Positions 24,460-37,637 are shown, counted from the stretch's first letter. The stretch: DNA of 64,000 nucleotides from Podarcis bocagei (GCA_964188305.1 OZ076885.1), one strand, 5' to 3'. Numbers and translations: made by a program. The notes: generated from the letters alone by a model not told the origin.

Positions 24460-25722
24460 AAAGAACTTCTTCCATTACTTCTGAGATTGTCAGGGTAAGG
24501 ATGTCAGGGCAACGATGACCTGCTTCTGGGATTCCCATAGGCATGTGTTTGAGCCCTATGAGAACAGGATGGTTTTTTTTATATAAAATTTTTATTGGTT
24601 TTACAAGAATTTTTTGTAGACACATACAAACAAATAAAGAAACAAACAAACATGTATAATTTCATATCCTTTTTTTCATAAACCTTACTTCATCGACTTC
24701 CCCAAACCTCCCCTTTCTGCATCCCAATTCCCAAAGTTTTTTCAGCAAATCCTAACACTTAATTTCATCAGATTTATCCCTTAATCTTTTCTTTTACTTA
24801 ATCTTTTTCAGCTGTACACCCCTTTCCCCCCTCAAATCTAGACATTTTAGCATTCATTAATTTTACAATATTTCTTAAGGTAAACTTTAAATTTTTTCCA
24901 ATCTTCTTCCGCCGTCTCTTTCCCCTGATCACGGATTCTGCCGGTCATTTCAGCCAGTCCCATGTAGTCTATCACCTTCATCTGCCATTCTTCCAGAGTG
25001 GGTAGATCTTGAGTCTTCCAATGCTTTGCGATGAGTATTCTTGCTGCTGTAGTAGCATACATAAAAAAAATTTCTATCCTTCTTTGGCACCAACTGGCCG
25101 ACAATGCCCAAGAGAAAGGCCTCTGGTTTCTTGGGAAAGGTACATTTAAGCACCTTTTTCATTTCATTATATATCATTTCCCAGAAAGCCTTAATCTTTG
25201 GGCACGTCCACCAAAGGTGATAAAAAGTACCTTCAGTTTCTTTACATTTCCAACACTTATTTATCGGGCAAATGGTAGATTTTTGCTAGCTTGACTGGGG
25301 TCATGTACCACCTATAGATCATTTTCATAATATTTTCCTTTAAGGCATTACATGCCGTAAATTTTATCCCGGTGGTCCACAACTGTTCCCAGTCAGCAAA
25401 CATAATGTTATGACCAATGTCCTGTGCCCACTTAATCATAGCTGACTTAACTGTTTCATCTTGTGTATTCCATTTCAGCAACAAGTTATGCATTCTAGAC
25501 AAATTCTTAGCATTGGGCTCTAACAATTCCGTTTCTAATTTTGATTTCTCCACCTGGAAGCCAATTTTCCTGTCTTGTTTATAAACCTCCATTATTTGAT
25601 AATAATGGAGCCAATCTCGTACTTTGGTCTTCAATTTTTCATGACTCTGTAATATGAGAACAGGATGCAGGACTAGCCGGGCCATTGGCCTTACCCAGCT
25701 GTAGTCTTCTTATGTTCTTAAG
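24460..25722 (+). mobile_element. CR1 3'-end fragment split by the L1 insertion
   Basis: GATTCCCATAGGCAT...TGAGAACAGGATG | ...GGACTAG...GGCCATTGGCC...TCTTCTTATGTTCTTA tail. Confidence 0.7.
24572..25652 (-). mobile_element. 5'-truncated L1 LINE (ORF2 C-terminus, 3'UTR, polyA)
   Basis: Overlapping ORFs 24847-25685 give YRWYMTPVKL...KCWKC..GTFYHLWWTCP..FW..PEAFLLGI..TAARILIAKHWK (L1 ORF2 CCHC region, frameshifted); 15-bp TSD TATGAGAACAGGATG (24557-24571, 25653-25667). Confidence 0.93.
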
Positions 25723-27570
25723 CTATTAAATCCCTGGGCATGGTCTGATAACATGTTGCACAGTTACCTTGCTGATTCTAAGTCTACATCACATCTGTGC
25801 CTAGATGGAAGACTGCTTGAGAGTTCTACGTATTATCCCTTAAAGTGAGATATAAATACATGTTAGCTCTTGGGATTTGTGTGCTGAAATCTGTATATAA
25901 AAAGCAAAGCAGCTGTGTTGGCCCATGAGGGGTAAACCTCCACAGTTGGGCAATACCTTTATTTGGACCAACCAAACTGTCACAAAATAACAGCAAGCTT
26001 TCAAGAACTTTACCAGGCAAAATGTTACACTAAGCAGGGCAGGGATGAGGAAGAATGCTTTTTTAAAAATAAAAAAATACAAAATTAGGATGGATGTTGT
26101 AGCCATAAAGATTGGCTCCAAGATGGAGACTGCAGACTAAATAAGGCTCCACTACATACTATAGGTATTAGGCTACACACCTAAGATTATGGGACAAAGA
26201 AGCAATGACCTCTCCCTTTAAAAATATATAAATTTGTACATTTTTCTGGTTAGTCTGTCAAAAAACATTATGAATGAGGTCACATCAGCACCATATTTTT
26301 AAAGCACATGTTTTTCCCAAATACTCTTGGGAACTGCAGTTTGTTATGGGTGCTGGAAATTATAATTCTGTGAGGGGTGAAGACAGTCCCTAAGATTTTT
26401 TTTGGGGGGGGAGTCTTGTGCTTTAAATGTATGGTGTGGATGTGACTTTTGGGCATGTTTAACCCTATATCAGTGGCACCAACTCCAGGGGGCCCTAGCA
26501 CCCACAAAGTTTTTGTTGTGGGTGCTCAGCCCCCCCCATGCCACTCACCCCCCACACACTGTGTGCCATCTCCCCTTTCCCCAGAATAGGACCACATTCT
26601 GTAAGGAGGAGGTAAAAACCCTTCACCCCTACACTGCTATTCCTGGGGAGGTAGCTGCTATCGGTACAATTGGCTTCACTCCTGGATTGAACAGCTGATT
26701 TGAGTGGGTCATTTCCATCAGTACTGCAGTGCAGAGGCAAAGAATTGAACCCTCTTCCCCATACACAACATTCTCAATCCCCCTGACGCTGTTTTTCCAT
26801 TTAAAGAAAAACACCCAGATATATGAAGCACAGCCCTGCATTTCATTTATTGCTTTGTTTGGAAACAAGTGCAGGGCAATACAGAGTTTACCTTCTGCCT
26901 TCAACTAGCACACCAAGCCTGCTTCTTCAATTCATTCTTTCATCTCATCTCTGATTGACTTTTAAATGCATGCATACTGTATGTCTACCTATCTATTTTG
27001 GGAATTCTGTATGAATTGGAGTGGTTGTTGGGGGAGTAAACTAATCCACGTGAATCAAATTAAAACCTTCACAGAGAATGGCAGCATAAACATTCTAAAA
27101 ACATGCAATGTGTTTGCAAAGTAAGGGGGGAATCTTATCGCATTCTCACTCCCTCTCTCTTGCCCTAATGCCTCTTGTTAGTCATGGAGTTGATCAGTAA
27201 AGCATTTGAATGCAATTCTTGCCTTCAAATGCTGTCAAATATTCAAGTGTGAGATGTCACGTACTGTAGCAAATTTGCTGCAATGCCTAGGCACCAAAGG
27301 GTGAGTTAAGGATGGACTGTCAGCACTAAGGTCAAGACCTGCTATGGAAGTAATGTACAGATCTAGAGCACTAATGAGGGAAACAATGACTTCCACAATA
27401 ATGATGCACAATACTGAAAAACATCCCATGTATTCTTGGCTAGTTCTGCAAATGTCACGGGCCCTGAACGGGAATGGGAATTTCTTTGCCCTGACTGACT
27501 TCTCTTATAACTTGTTTACATGCAGTTATATAGATGGTGTTTTGCTTTTTGCATGTCCTAAAGCAATATA

Positions 27571-27938
27571 GGGACGCGGGTGGCGCTGTGGGTAAAACCT
27601 CAGCGCCTAGGACTTGCTGATCGCATGGTCGGCGGTTCGAATCCCCGTGGTGGGGTGCGCTCCCGCTGCTCGGTCCCAGCGCCTGCCAACCTAGCAGTTC
27701 GAAAGCACCCCCGGGTGCAAGTAGATAAATAGGGACCGCTTACTAGCGGGAAGGTAAACGGCGTTTCCGTGTGCTGCTCTGGTGCCGGTTCGCTGGAGTA
27801 GCTTCGTCACGCTGGCCACGTGACCTGGAAGTGTCTGCGGACAGCACTGGCTCCCGGCCTCTAGAGTGAGATGAGTGCACAAACCTAGAGTCTGTCAAGA
27901 CTGGCCCGTACGGGCAGGGGTACCTTTACCTTTACCTT
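27571..27938 (+). mobile_element. Full-length young Sauria SINE (Squam1)
   Basis: GGGACGCGGGTGGCGCTGTGG head, GGTTCGAATCCC B-box, (ACCTTT)3 tail, TSD TAAAGCAATATA (27559-27570, 27939-27950), CpGs retained. Confidence 0.97.
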
Positions 27939-27979
27939 TAAAGCAATATAGAGATGATGCATCTTGTCCTTTATTTAGA

Positions 27980-28135
27980 AAATCATAGAACGGTAGAGTT
28001 GGAAGGGACCCCAAAGGTCATCGAGTTGTGAACCGCCCTGAGATCTATGGATGAAGGGAGGTAGACTAATTTAATAAATGAATAAATAAAATGGTCCAAT
28101 CCCCTGTGATGCAGGGATCTCAACTAAAGCATACA
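27980..28135 (-). mobile_element. CR1 3' end, interrupted by a short L2-like tail (~28028-28090)
   Basis: AATCATAGAACGGTAGAGTTGGAAGGGACCCC...GGTCATC; nested GTGAACCGCCCTGAG...AATAAAT; near-identical CR1 end at 44771-44870. Confidence 0.65.
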
Positions 28136-28572
28136 TATAGAATCATAGAGGATGATGGGAAACATAGGAACCAACTCCTAGGGGCCAAGGTCCCTTCTGC
28201 CTCCACATAAAGTATTTGAGGGAGCCGGGGGCCCCAAAGTTGATGGGCATTGCCATTCAAGTGGTGTGCATGTGCTGTGTCTTGTGATTGATTAGTTGGC
28301 ACCTCTGACAGGAAACCTATGGCTTTCCGTTTGTTGCTGGACCATAGCTATACTCACAGGGCATACAAGGGGCTCAGAAAAGAATGAATTGCACCGTCTC
28401 TTACTAGTTCTCCAGGCCTTGCTGTGTTGCATTGCTACCCTTGCTGTGCTTGGACTGGGTCAGACTGCCAGTTATCCTTGTCCAGAAATTCAATGTAACA
28501 TTCAAACACATTGTACAAATGTGCTACCACTGTGTCTCATCTGGCCCCCTATGCCTAGCAAATCTGCTCTCC

Positions 28573-29506
28573 TGTCATGGACTGGCTGGATGCAGAGGAA
28601 TGGTGGGAGGAACCAGCTGCGGAGCCACCAAGGGAGAAAGGCTCAGAGCCCAGGGAGTGATGGTGGGACAATGATAAGTAGTCACAGGGAAAAGGAGGAG
28701 AAGACGGGGAAGAGGTGGTGTCAGAAGCTGAAGGTGTAACAGGGTTTAGTGAGCCACAAGAGTCTGTGGCAGATGTTGTTGTTTAGTCGTTTAGTTGTGT
28801 CTGACTCTTCGTGACCCCATGGACCAGAGCACGCCAGGCACTCCTGTCTTCCACTGCCTCCCGCAGTTTGGTCAGACTCATGTTTGTAGCTTCGAGAACA
28901 CTCCAACCATCTCATGCTCTTTCGTCCCCTTCTCCTTGTGCCCTCCATCTTTTCCAACATCAGGATCTTTTCCAGGGAGTCTTCTCTTCTCATGAGGTGG
29001 CCAAAGTATTGGAGCCTCAGCTTCAGGATCTGTCCTTCCAGTGAGCACTCAGGGCCGATTTCCTTCAGAATGGATAGGTTTGATCTTCTTGCAGTCCATG
29101 GGACTCTCAAGAGTCTCCTCCAGCACTATAATTCAAAAGCATCAGTTCTTTGTTGATCAGCCTTCTTTATGGTCCAGGTCTCACTTCCATACATCACTAC
29201 TGGAAAAACCATAGCTTTAACTATACGGACCTTTGTTGGCTAGGTGATGTCTCTGCTTTTTAAGATGCTGTGGCAGATAGAAGACCATAATCAGGGAAGT
29301 TGAAGCAGGGGAGGAGGGAGGCCAAGAGGTGGCTGTGAGGAGGTAGGGACTTTTAGTCTTAGCAACTGTTCCATGGATGCAAGACCTGCTGGAAATGAGT
29401 GTTCTTTAGGCCTGATACTCTGCCAGGTCTGGGCAGATTGTGTTTTTCTAATAAAGAGTTAACTCCAACATGCATGGTGTGGTTTACTGCCGGCTTGCTT
29501 CTGACA
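28573..29506 (+). mobile_element. Solo LTR (Gypsy-like) interrupted by Bov-B
   Basis: TGTCA...TGACA termini, perfect 5-bp TSD TCTCC (28568-28572, 29507-29511), AATAAA at ~29450. Confidence 0.85.
28775..29267 (-). mobile_element. 5'-truncated Bov-B (RTE) LINE
   Basis: ORF RVPWTARRSNLSILKEIGPECSLEGQILKLRLQYFGHLMRREDSLEK; (CAA)n tail; 11-bp TSD CTGTGGCAGAT (28764-28774, 29268-29278). Confidence 0.96.
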
Positions 29507-31348
29507 TCTCCCTGCAACAGTGGAAGAGGAACTCTTGGGGTGGTCACACATAGACACACACCACCAAACTGAGACAGTTTGTTTTTATTTCCAGCTGAGC
29601 TTAGAAGAGAATGAGGAGGGCAGTCCTGGGAAAAAAAAGCTAACATAACTAATCAAATATATTGCTTTCTTTAATAGATATTAGGTGGGGAGGCGGCACT
29701 AATTCAGTCTTTCTAAGTATACACATTCCAAATATAAATATCTCTTTGAACTTAACAGCAGACAAAACCCCAAAGGAATGAGCAATGCTGTTCTTTAATT
29801 TTATTTTGCATACCATATAAAATTCTAGAATCTCATCCCATGGGAGCTGAAACTGGGAAGAAAACACAGTATTTTATGTGAGATTGTGTGTTTGGAGATC
29901 ATAATGTTCCTTGAATTGGAGAGAGCTAAGATCTATATTGATATTACTTTAATGTACAAATGAAGATTCATTACTAACATTTACTGCTTTCAGTATCATT
30001 TTTATATAGCTTTTTATATTAAAAAAACACTAATCATCATTCTCCTTCCATTACACATACTTTACCTTTTCTTCAGTTATTTGTCCTAGCCCTTAAATTT
30101 CTTTTCTTAAGCCACTCTATATAATAGACTTATAATGGATAAAATTTGGAAGAACAGAATTTAATGTGGAAGGAAATATATTTATTTACATCTGCTGGGG
30201 GCAGAACTTGCCCAAAGAGCCTGAAAATGCATTTTACTGTTTCATAAACATCTAATGCAAAATAAATACTTCAAAACCTATCAATGCTCCCCACACACTG
30301 TCTAGTATTGCTCAGAAATCCAAGAATAAGAAAAAGATGGACTATTTGTAAAATAAATGAATCCAAAAGATGATTTCCAGGCTAAGTTATCTGCTTGCTT
30401 ACAGTGCTGGGAGAATTTTTATGATCAAGTTATAAATCCTTAAAAAGAGGAGGGGGGTTGTAAAGGGAACTCTTATATACCTTTATCTAGAATGGCACAG
30501 CTGGGGGCTGCTATAATAATCCTTTTGCTTTCATGTGGCCATCTGGAGGCCTATTAAAAGTGGTCTGTAAAACAGACTCCCCAAGTGCGTTGAGTTTGCC
30601 AGTTTCCACGAAGTCACCAAAATAAGGGAGTTTGTCCTTCTTTCGGGTGAAGTGGCCCTCCACAGAGGGAGGAAAACTTGACCTCTAACCTTTTCCACTG
30701 CGAATACGTTGTGTATGGGTTGATTTTGATACATACGTTGTAATTGTGCAGAGAGCTACAGCTGGGTCTGTTCTGCACCTCGGGTTGTGTGATGAGACAG
30801 AAGAGGTTAGGGGATGCAGGGGTGGGCAACACACTGTAACTTTAATGAAGCAGCATGCTTCAACAGGATAATAATATCCCTTTTTGGTTTGTGAGCAAAG
30901 CAACTATGAAATATTGAAACAATATTGCAAGCTTTAATGGGTTTTTTGCTCAAAATATTAAAAGAGAATTTTCCCTCTTTTCTTTTAAAAAATGCACGTG
31001 AACTGTTAAATAAAAATTAAGGGGAAAACATTATTGTGATTATTCAAATATACATTGCCTTTTTTGGAGGGGGGAGGCAAGATCCCTTGCTATCTTAATG
31101 AAATCCATTTGGCAAAGGACGTGGCTCAAAAATACACACAGAAAGTCAAACAAGAAACATCATTTGTCCATAATAGAATCCATCCAGTAGATTTTTCATT
31201 AAGCACCTCGCTCTGTAACGTTGCTTGCAACCTATTAAACCTGATATATCAAAACAAAAATTAAGTCGCTTTCTCAAACTGCACTGGAACTCAGATCTAA
31301 AGGACCAAATAAGACGCATTAATTGCTTTACTGCTTCACCGCAAAGCC

Positions 31349-31664
31349 NNNNNNNNNNNNNNNNNNNNNNNNNNNNNNNNNNNNNNNNNNNNNNNNNNNN
31401 NNNNNNNNNNNNNNNNNNNNNNNNNNNNNNNNNNNNNNNNNNNNNNNNNNNNNNNNNNNNNNNNNNNNNNNNNNNNNNNNNNNNNNNNNNNNNNNNNNNN
31501 NNNNNNNNNNNNNNNNNNNNNNNNNNNNNNNNNNNNNNNNNNNNNNNNNNNNNNNNNNNNNNNNNNNNNNNNNNNNNNNNNNNNNNNNNNNNNNNNNNNN
31601 NNNNNNNNNNNNNNNNNNNNNNNNNNNNNNNNNNNNNNNNNNNNNNNNNNNNNNNNNNNNNNNN
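31349..31664. other. N-run, 316 nt
   Basis: Direct reading. Confidence 1.
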
Positions 31665-32569
31665 ATTATGCCTTGGAGGGTCTCATATTACAAGGTAATT
31701 TTTTTGTAAAGACACATATTGCATGGCTCCCAGCCAGAAAATGATATACTATAATATATGTCTCCAATAAATGTTTTAAACAAAAAAATTCTCTAAGCAA
31801 TATTCTTCCGGACTCTGAAGCAGCACACTGTTCTTCAGCATATATTATTTACTGGGTTTTTCATAATGCAAATTATTTTATTTTGCTCATTCTGTTCAAC
31901 ATTATAGCAAGTGTCTTTTAAAAAGTTTGGGATTATTTATTCCTGGTAGGATTTCAGGGCCACTAATAACAGTGTTAGATTAAAAACAACAAGCAGTGTA
32001 CTAGGCCTTACCAACAGTCCATTACATGTGTGTTCCATTTCTGGTTGTCATCTTTCAAGGACTCCAACAGGAATGGGGAAAGAAGCTTGGACAGCAGAGT
32101 GTACAGCTTACCCCCTTGCGCCTCAGCAAAATAAACTAAAATCCTGTCCCCTCTGCAGTATCCATCAAATCTGTCTCTGGTTCTGGTCACCAGTCCCTTC
32201 CTCACCCCATTTCCTCCCCTGCCCTTGCAAATACACCCGGCTCTATCACAAGAGGAAGCAAAACCATAGCCAAAAAAAGGCGACGGGTGGAGGGTGGGGG
32301 AGATTTCTAAGCAGCTTGATTTGGATCTAAAAGAGACAAAGAAACAAAAGAAGAGATCAAAGTATAACTAATCTAGTTTGCCAAACAGAACTATTTAATT
32401 GGCAGGCTCCCTAACGACAGTATCCACAGAGTGTAGGGTGAAATGGGGAGAGGCACAAAGCTTCCTCTGCTGCCAAAGGAAAAGGAAATGAGAAGCAAGT
32501 AACAGAAGCTGGCTGTAGTAACAGTGGCCAGAGCACAGGTAGTGATGAGAGTCACGGGAGCCTGAGGAG

Positions 32570-32916
32570 CAGGGGCGGAGGAAGGGGGTGTGGTCCGACC
32601 TGGGTGTCACCACTGAGGGGGGTGACAAAATGGCGGGCAGCACTCACCGCGGGGCCTGCAGCGCGCCTGAGCCACGCGTCTCTCCTGGGAGTGACGCGGT
32701 GGCTTGGGCTCCAGCAGGCTCTGCGCTGCCCCAAACGGTCCGCCTGCCACCTCCCCCTCAGCTGTAGGGCAGCAGAGTAGAGGAGGCAGACAGGCTCCTC
32801 GGAGGCCCCGTAGAGTGTCCTGCCCTGACTGGCCCCACCCCCACATGGCTGGCCCCGCCCCTGGGCGCAGGGCATGTGCACCGCCCCAGGCTCCCGATCA
32901 GCTTGCTCCACTGCTG
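32570..32916. mobile_element. Non-autonomous hAT (Tip100-like) element, GC-rich
   Basis: Imperfect TIR CAGGGGCGGAG / CTCCACTGCTG; perfect 8-bp TSD CTGAGGAG (32562-32569, 32917-32924). Confidence 0.85.
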
Positions 32917-32929
32917 CTGAGGAGAATGG

Positions 32930-33145
32930 GGCACTGCAGTGTGTTGTAGTGGTTACAGAGCTGAGTGCACCTGGGGGTATAAAGGTTTTGGTTCTTACTA
33001 GGCCATGAAGCTGGGTGATTCTGGTCCAATGAACTTCTCTCTCCTAAACCACCTCATGTGGTTGTTGTGAGGAGAAAACGGAAGGAGGTCACCATCTTGA
33101 ACACCTTGGGGAAAATGTGGGACACAAAATGTATTAAATAAATAA
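32930..33145 (+). mobile_element. MIR/Ther1-derived SINE (Squam3-like), decayed
   Basis: GTGTGTTGTAGTGGTT head, GCCATGAAGCTGGGTGA...ACCTCATGTGGTTGTTGTGAGG core, AAATAAAT tail; similar at 51590-51732. Confidence 0.6.
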
Positions 33146-33764
33146 GCTAGTACTTGCAAAATGGGCTGACTCACCCTTCATTTGCCAGTTAATTTTCAAG
33201 GCCCTTCAAGAGGTATCATTGTGGACTGCTTTGGAGACCCACAGCAGGTGGCTACGTTCGCTTGCAGGTTTGACCTGCTCCCCGCTCTCTATCTGCATCC
33301 TCGACATTCTTTTTTGTATTTGGTGGAATTAAATTCATTCTGAATGATGAATGTGGCACAGCTATGGAAAAGAGGAAGTGATATGCCCCATTTGAGGATA
33401 TATGCCAACAGCAGCTTCTACCTACTCAAGCATTGAGCAGGCGCCATCAGGAGCTCCACAGAGCTAGGCTAAGGGACTCCCTTGTCACATCCAGTATGGT
33501 GAATCCCCCACTTGCATTGCATTTCCTTTACATTTAAATTAACAGGGTGTAATAGTGTAATGACCATGGAATTTGGTAGAAGTTGAACTGCAGTGGAACG
33601 AAAGCACAGCTGCATGTGATGAATAGAGGGCAGAATGGAAAGTGAGGCCTTTGACCACCCCTAGCCAGAACAAAATATAAACAGCTGCACCACCACCATT
33701 TCCCTGCATGTCTTGTCTTTTTAGTTGGTAAGCCTGATATCTGGGCTTCTTTTTCTGACTCCCT

Positions 33765-33782
33765 CTGCCTCTCTCTCTCCCT

Positions 33783-33817
<35 letters not shown>
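33765..33817. repeat. (CT)n microsatellite
   Basis: Direct reading. Confidence 0.95.
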
Positions 33818-33820
<3 letters not shown>

Positions 33821-36800
33821 AGAATGATTTGAGTCTCTGAGACCTGTTTGAAAAATAGGATAAAAATAGTGTTAACAACAACCAAAAGTACAGTGAGAAG
33901 ATTGTGATTTTTTTTTAAAAAAAAAGTATATAAAAACATAATTACACAGCAAGGGTGCATATACAAGCCACCTTGGCCACATCTCATTGGAAGGAAACCA
34001 AACCAGAAGGCACAGTAGCTGGGTGATATCTTGTCTTCTTAAAGCCCTAAACAGTGGCCCTTCCACTGAAAACACCCAACTGCAAGGAAGTGGCAAATAT
34101 AAATGCCCCCCCCCCTCATATTTGTTGATTTCCTGCTAAACTCTTTAACTCACCAAAGAGTTATTGAGTTCCTTTTATTCTCCGGTTAAAGCTGCAGTTT
34201 TGTTGACATATAGTAAACTAAGGCAGTCTCTTTATTTTCTATTTACTGCATGAATTAAAAATACCCCTTTGTTCCATTTGCGGACCACATCACACAATGC
34301 ATCATTCCCTCCCCACCTCCCAACTTGCTTTTCATTTTATAATATACCTTTTATGTGAAGTAAAACTTAGGAAAGAAATGCTCAAATTCCTTTTCAAACC
34401 GTAAGCTAAACAGAAAAGGATTTCTTTTCCCCCGTGATGGAAAGATTTGCAAAGGGAAGCGACTTAATGGCTCAGAAACAGAGAGACCCAGTTATGAGGA
34501 AGAGAAGTACAAAAAGTAGCAATGACGGATTAAATTCTGAAATGTCGTGAGAAGTGTAAATGGAAGAGAAATGCAATGACTATAACGGTGCCCTGGCTGG
34601 TGTGAGCAGGTAGGGCTCTGGAAGCAAAAGCGGCTCTGTCTTGGTTTTTTCTGCCCAAGATTTACGTTTTTCAGCAGTGCAGGGGGGGGGGAGATCAGGG
34701 AGAGGGACTGGAATATCTCTGAGGCAATCAGAAACCCCAATAGGACTGCTTGAGTGGGATGAGGTGCAAGAATGAGATGCCTTTGTGTCTCCTCCCTCCC
34801 TCATGACTTACTTCTCAGTTCTAAAGTGTAAAGTATATAACCTCATGTTCATTCTCAAAACTAGCATGGAACAGTTGGCTTAGGGAACTGAAAGGAATAC
34901 CATCCAGGGCTCTATTGTCTGCAAGGGGATGCCACAATACTCTTGGGTACTAAGCTGGTCACCACACTGGGAAATGCATGGGCCAGGCATTGTACAGAAG
35001 TGACTAAGCACTGCAGTGATTAACTAAATAAACTCTGCCTAAGCAGTCTACAATTATTATAGCATGTCTGGAAAATTATTGAAAAAAGAAAAAGGCGTTG
35101 GGTGTTTCCCCCCTCCAATACTTATTTTGATGCTAAAGACCTCAGGTCCACTTCAGTATTGATGTAACTCACTTGAATTATATGAAGAATTAATTTGGCC
35201 ATATTACCTTCTCCTCAGGGTTTGTGAGGAGGAAAATCCCCTAGAGGTATTGACTTAGTTTATCATCATCATTAGACTGTAGAAATGCTTTATTAGGTCA
35301 TCTAATCCATTTCCTCCCCTAAACAGCTAATGTAGGTTCGGCCCCTAACAGTATAATCTACTCTGCTTTGTCTAGACCATTCTTTTTATGGCTTAATATA
35401 ATGATGCTAACACCACTTTTCCTGGCAAACTATTCCACATGCTATTAGGAGTTTGTTTTCCCTTGTTGTTCAGCTCAAATTATTTTATAGTTAATTTAAA
35501 TCTCATTACTTTTACCTTGGCACAGATACTGTACAATGCTTTCACAAAGCCTGCTTGAGTCGCCGAGTCATTTTATTTGAGCGTGGTGTCTCTCAAACCA
35601 AATATACTTACATAGCAGACCCTCTATCCTTTGTTCACTGAGTAAACGACAAATAGCTTATTCCCAATTTGTAGCTATCAAAAGGGCCACTTTGAGAAAT
35701 TTAGGTGGTGGCTCCCAGGCACCTACAGGGGCCTTGGGTTGTATCTCTTTCAGGCCCACTGCCCAAGCCTTTTGTTCCATGTTATTTTTGAGAATGAACC
35801 TGATGCTGTTATTTACTTGTTATTTCAGAACTTTTACTTCCCACAATGTCTTTTAGTGGCACTCCAACAGAGACATTTGTAAAAAAATAAAAATAAAATA
35901 CAATTGAGGCTCTATTGGACTGCTGTTATATGCTTCTGATGCCCACCACTATCGACATTACTAGGTACCTATGCCAGGGGCCCTGAAGTGAAGGACATGG
36001 CAGGAGTTGATAATGCAGGTGAGCTGCGCACAGGTGAGCTGCAAGCAAGCTGCCGGCCAGCTCTGTGGAGGCTCCTTTTATTGACACAATATGCAAACCC
36101 AGGCAGATATATTTTGGGATGTGACCTTTACACATCTTCCAGTCCCAAGATCGTGGGGTGGCACAAAGTTATTTTGGCACCTGTTTCCACCGCATCATTT
36201 TCCCCTTGCACAGTGTATGACGAAGGAGACAAAGGTCTCAGACAAAGGTCACAGGCAGGACACCGCAGACTACTGAGACCACAAAAGGTTAGACAAAGGG
36301 CACGATGTTCAGACAGCTGTGGCTTTGTCTGTGAGGGGGAGTGTGCCCCGCACCCCAAGGTCACACGTGCAGGCAGGCTGAGGCTGCCTGCGGGTGGGGA
36401 GTGTGCTTCAGACCCAGCGATCATTCCTACAAGGCCCGTAGGAGGACACTTTGCCAATAGATCCCTTAAACCTGGAGCTGGCTATGTGACAAATCACAGC
36501 CAACTCTCCCAATGACCACTTTCTTCATGGGAGTCATGAACTGCAGCTATAATGCTGGCTGATAGTGAATTCCAGCTCTCACTGTAGCTTTCCGTTCCTG
36601 TTGTCTGCAGAAGCAACCATGTGCTACCAGACTAGTAAGGAGATAGCACTGCATATACCATCAGTACGATACCATCAGTGCTAATAAAACTATACATTAT
36701 TAAATCCTGTAAGTGGCTACCTACCACTACTGCTTCCGCTGGTGAACACTTCGTCTCCTTGGAATAACGATTTCTTTCCTTTACTCCTTCCACAATGAAT

Positions 36801-36859
36801 CATATTCCACTGGCACCTTCCTGACAGTAAGGTTTAGTTCTGTATAAGTAGCCTAAGAG

Positions 36860-37135
36860 ATGGCACAGCCCAGAAATAAGGCAAAGGCAAAAGTATTCAG
36901 ATTGCCTCCCTCCTTGTTGTCCTTCCACCAGCAGGGTAAGACTTTTTTGTTTCAACAGGGAGCTGACTGCTTTTAATGAAGGGCTGCTGCTGTGTTGTTT
37001 TTAATTATTGTTTCCCCCCCCCCCATGTTTTAATGGTTCTCATTTTTACCTGTAAATAGTCTTGAGTTTCGGCAGGGGAAAAGGCGGTGTATAAATCAAA
37101 ATAATGATCATGATAATATTAATAATAATAATAAT
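36860..37135 (+). mobile_element. L2 LINE 3' end
   Basis: GCCTCCCTCCTTGTTGTCCTTCCACCAG...AAGACTTTTTTGTTTCAACAGG...AAAAGGCGGTGTATAAAT followed by a (TAA)n tail. Confidence 0.6.
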
Positions 37136-37637
37136 AGTCAGAGCAACCTGAGCAATGCCGGCAATGCAATTGGTCCTAGATAATTCTGGGCAAAGCAGGT
37201 ACCAACTGCCGCTGTTGTGTGTGCATATTTGTTTATATATAAAAAAAGGTGACATGTGTCAAGATCTGTCTTGAGCCTTCAGTAACACAGTTTCTCTAGT
37301 GCCAAGGCTTGTGCCCGTTCTTTTTTGCATGCATTATTTTAGCACACATGGAGAAAAGCAAAGGGAACAGCAGGGAGCTAGAGCTCCTTTCATCTTGTTT
37401 TTTTTTTTTTTTAAAAAGCTATAAAGCAAAGTGATGGGCCCAAAGACTAACACACCCCAAAAAGTACCTCCAACTACATATCTGAAGAATAAGAAGCATT
37501 TTAAATCATACTTGTATAGGGAGATATCTCAGTAAGAAACTAGAACTTTCATGAGCTTTGACTGTCATGTGAAAGTTGCCATTTGTGGGGAGATGTGAAA
37601 GGTTTTGCCAAAAAAGAAATGTGCCTCCTACTCTTTT

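Noticed and set aside
25925-26020. Penelope-like short fragments (also ~62405-62475)
   Set aside because: Too short and diverged to assign confidently by eye.
35926-36515. 175-aa ORF in a GC-richer patch
   Set aside because: No recognisable domain, TIR or TSD; probably a decayed repeat, but I cannot support a call.
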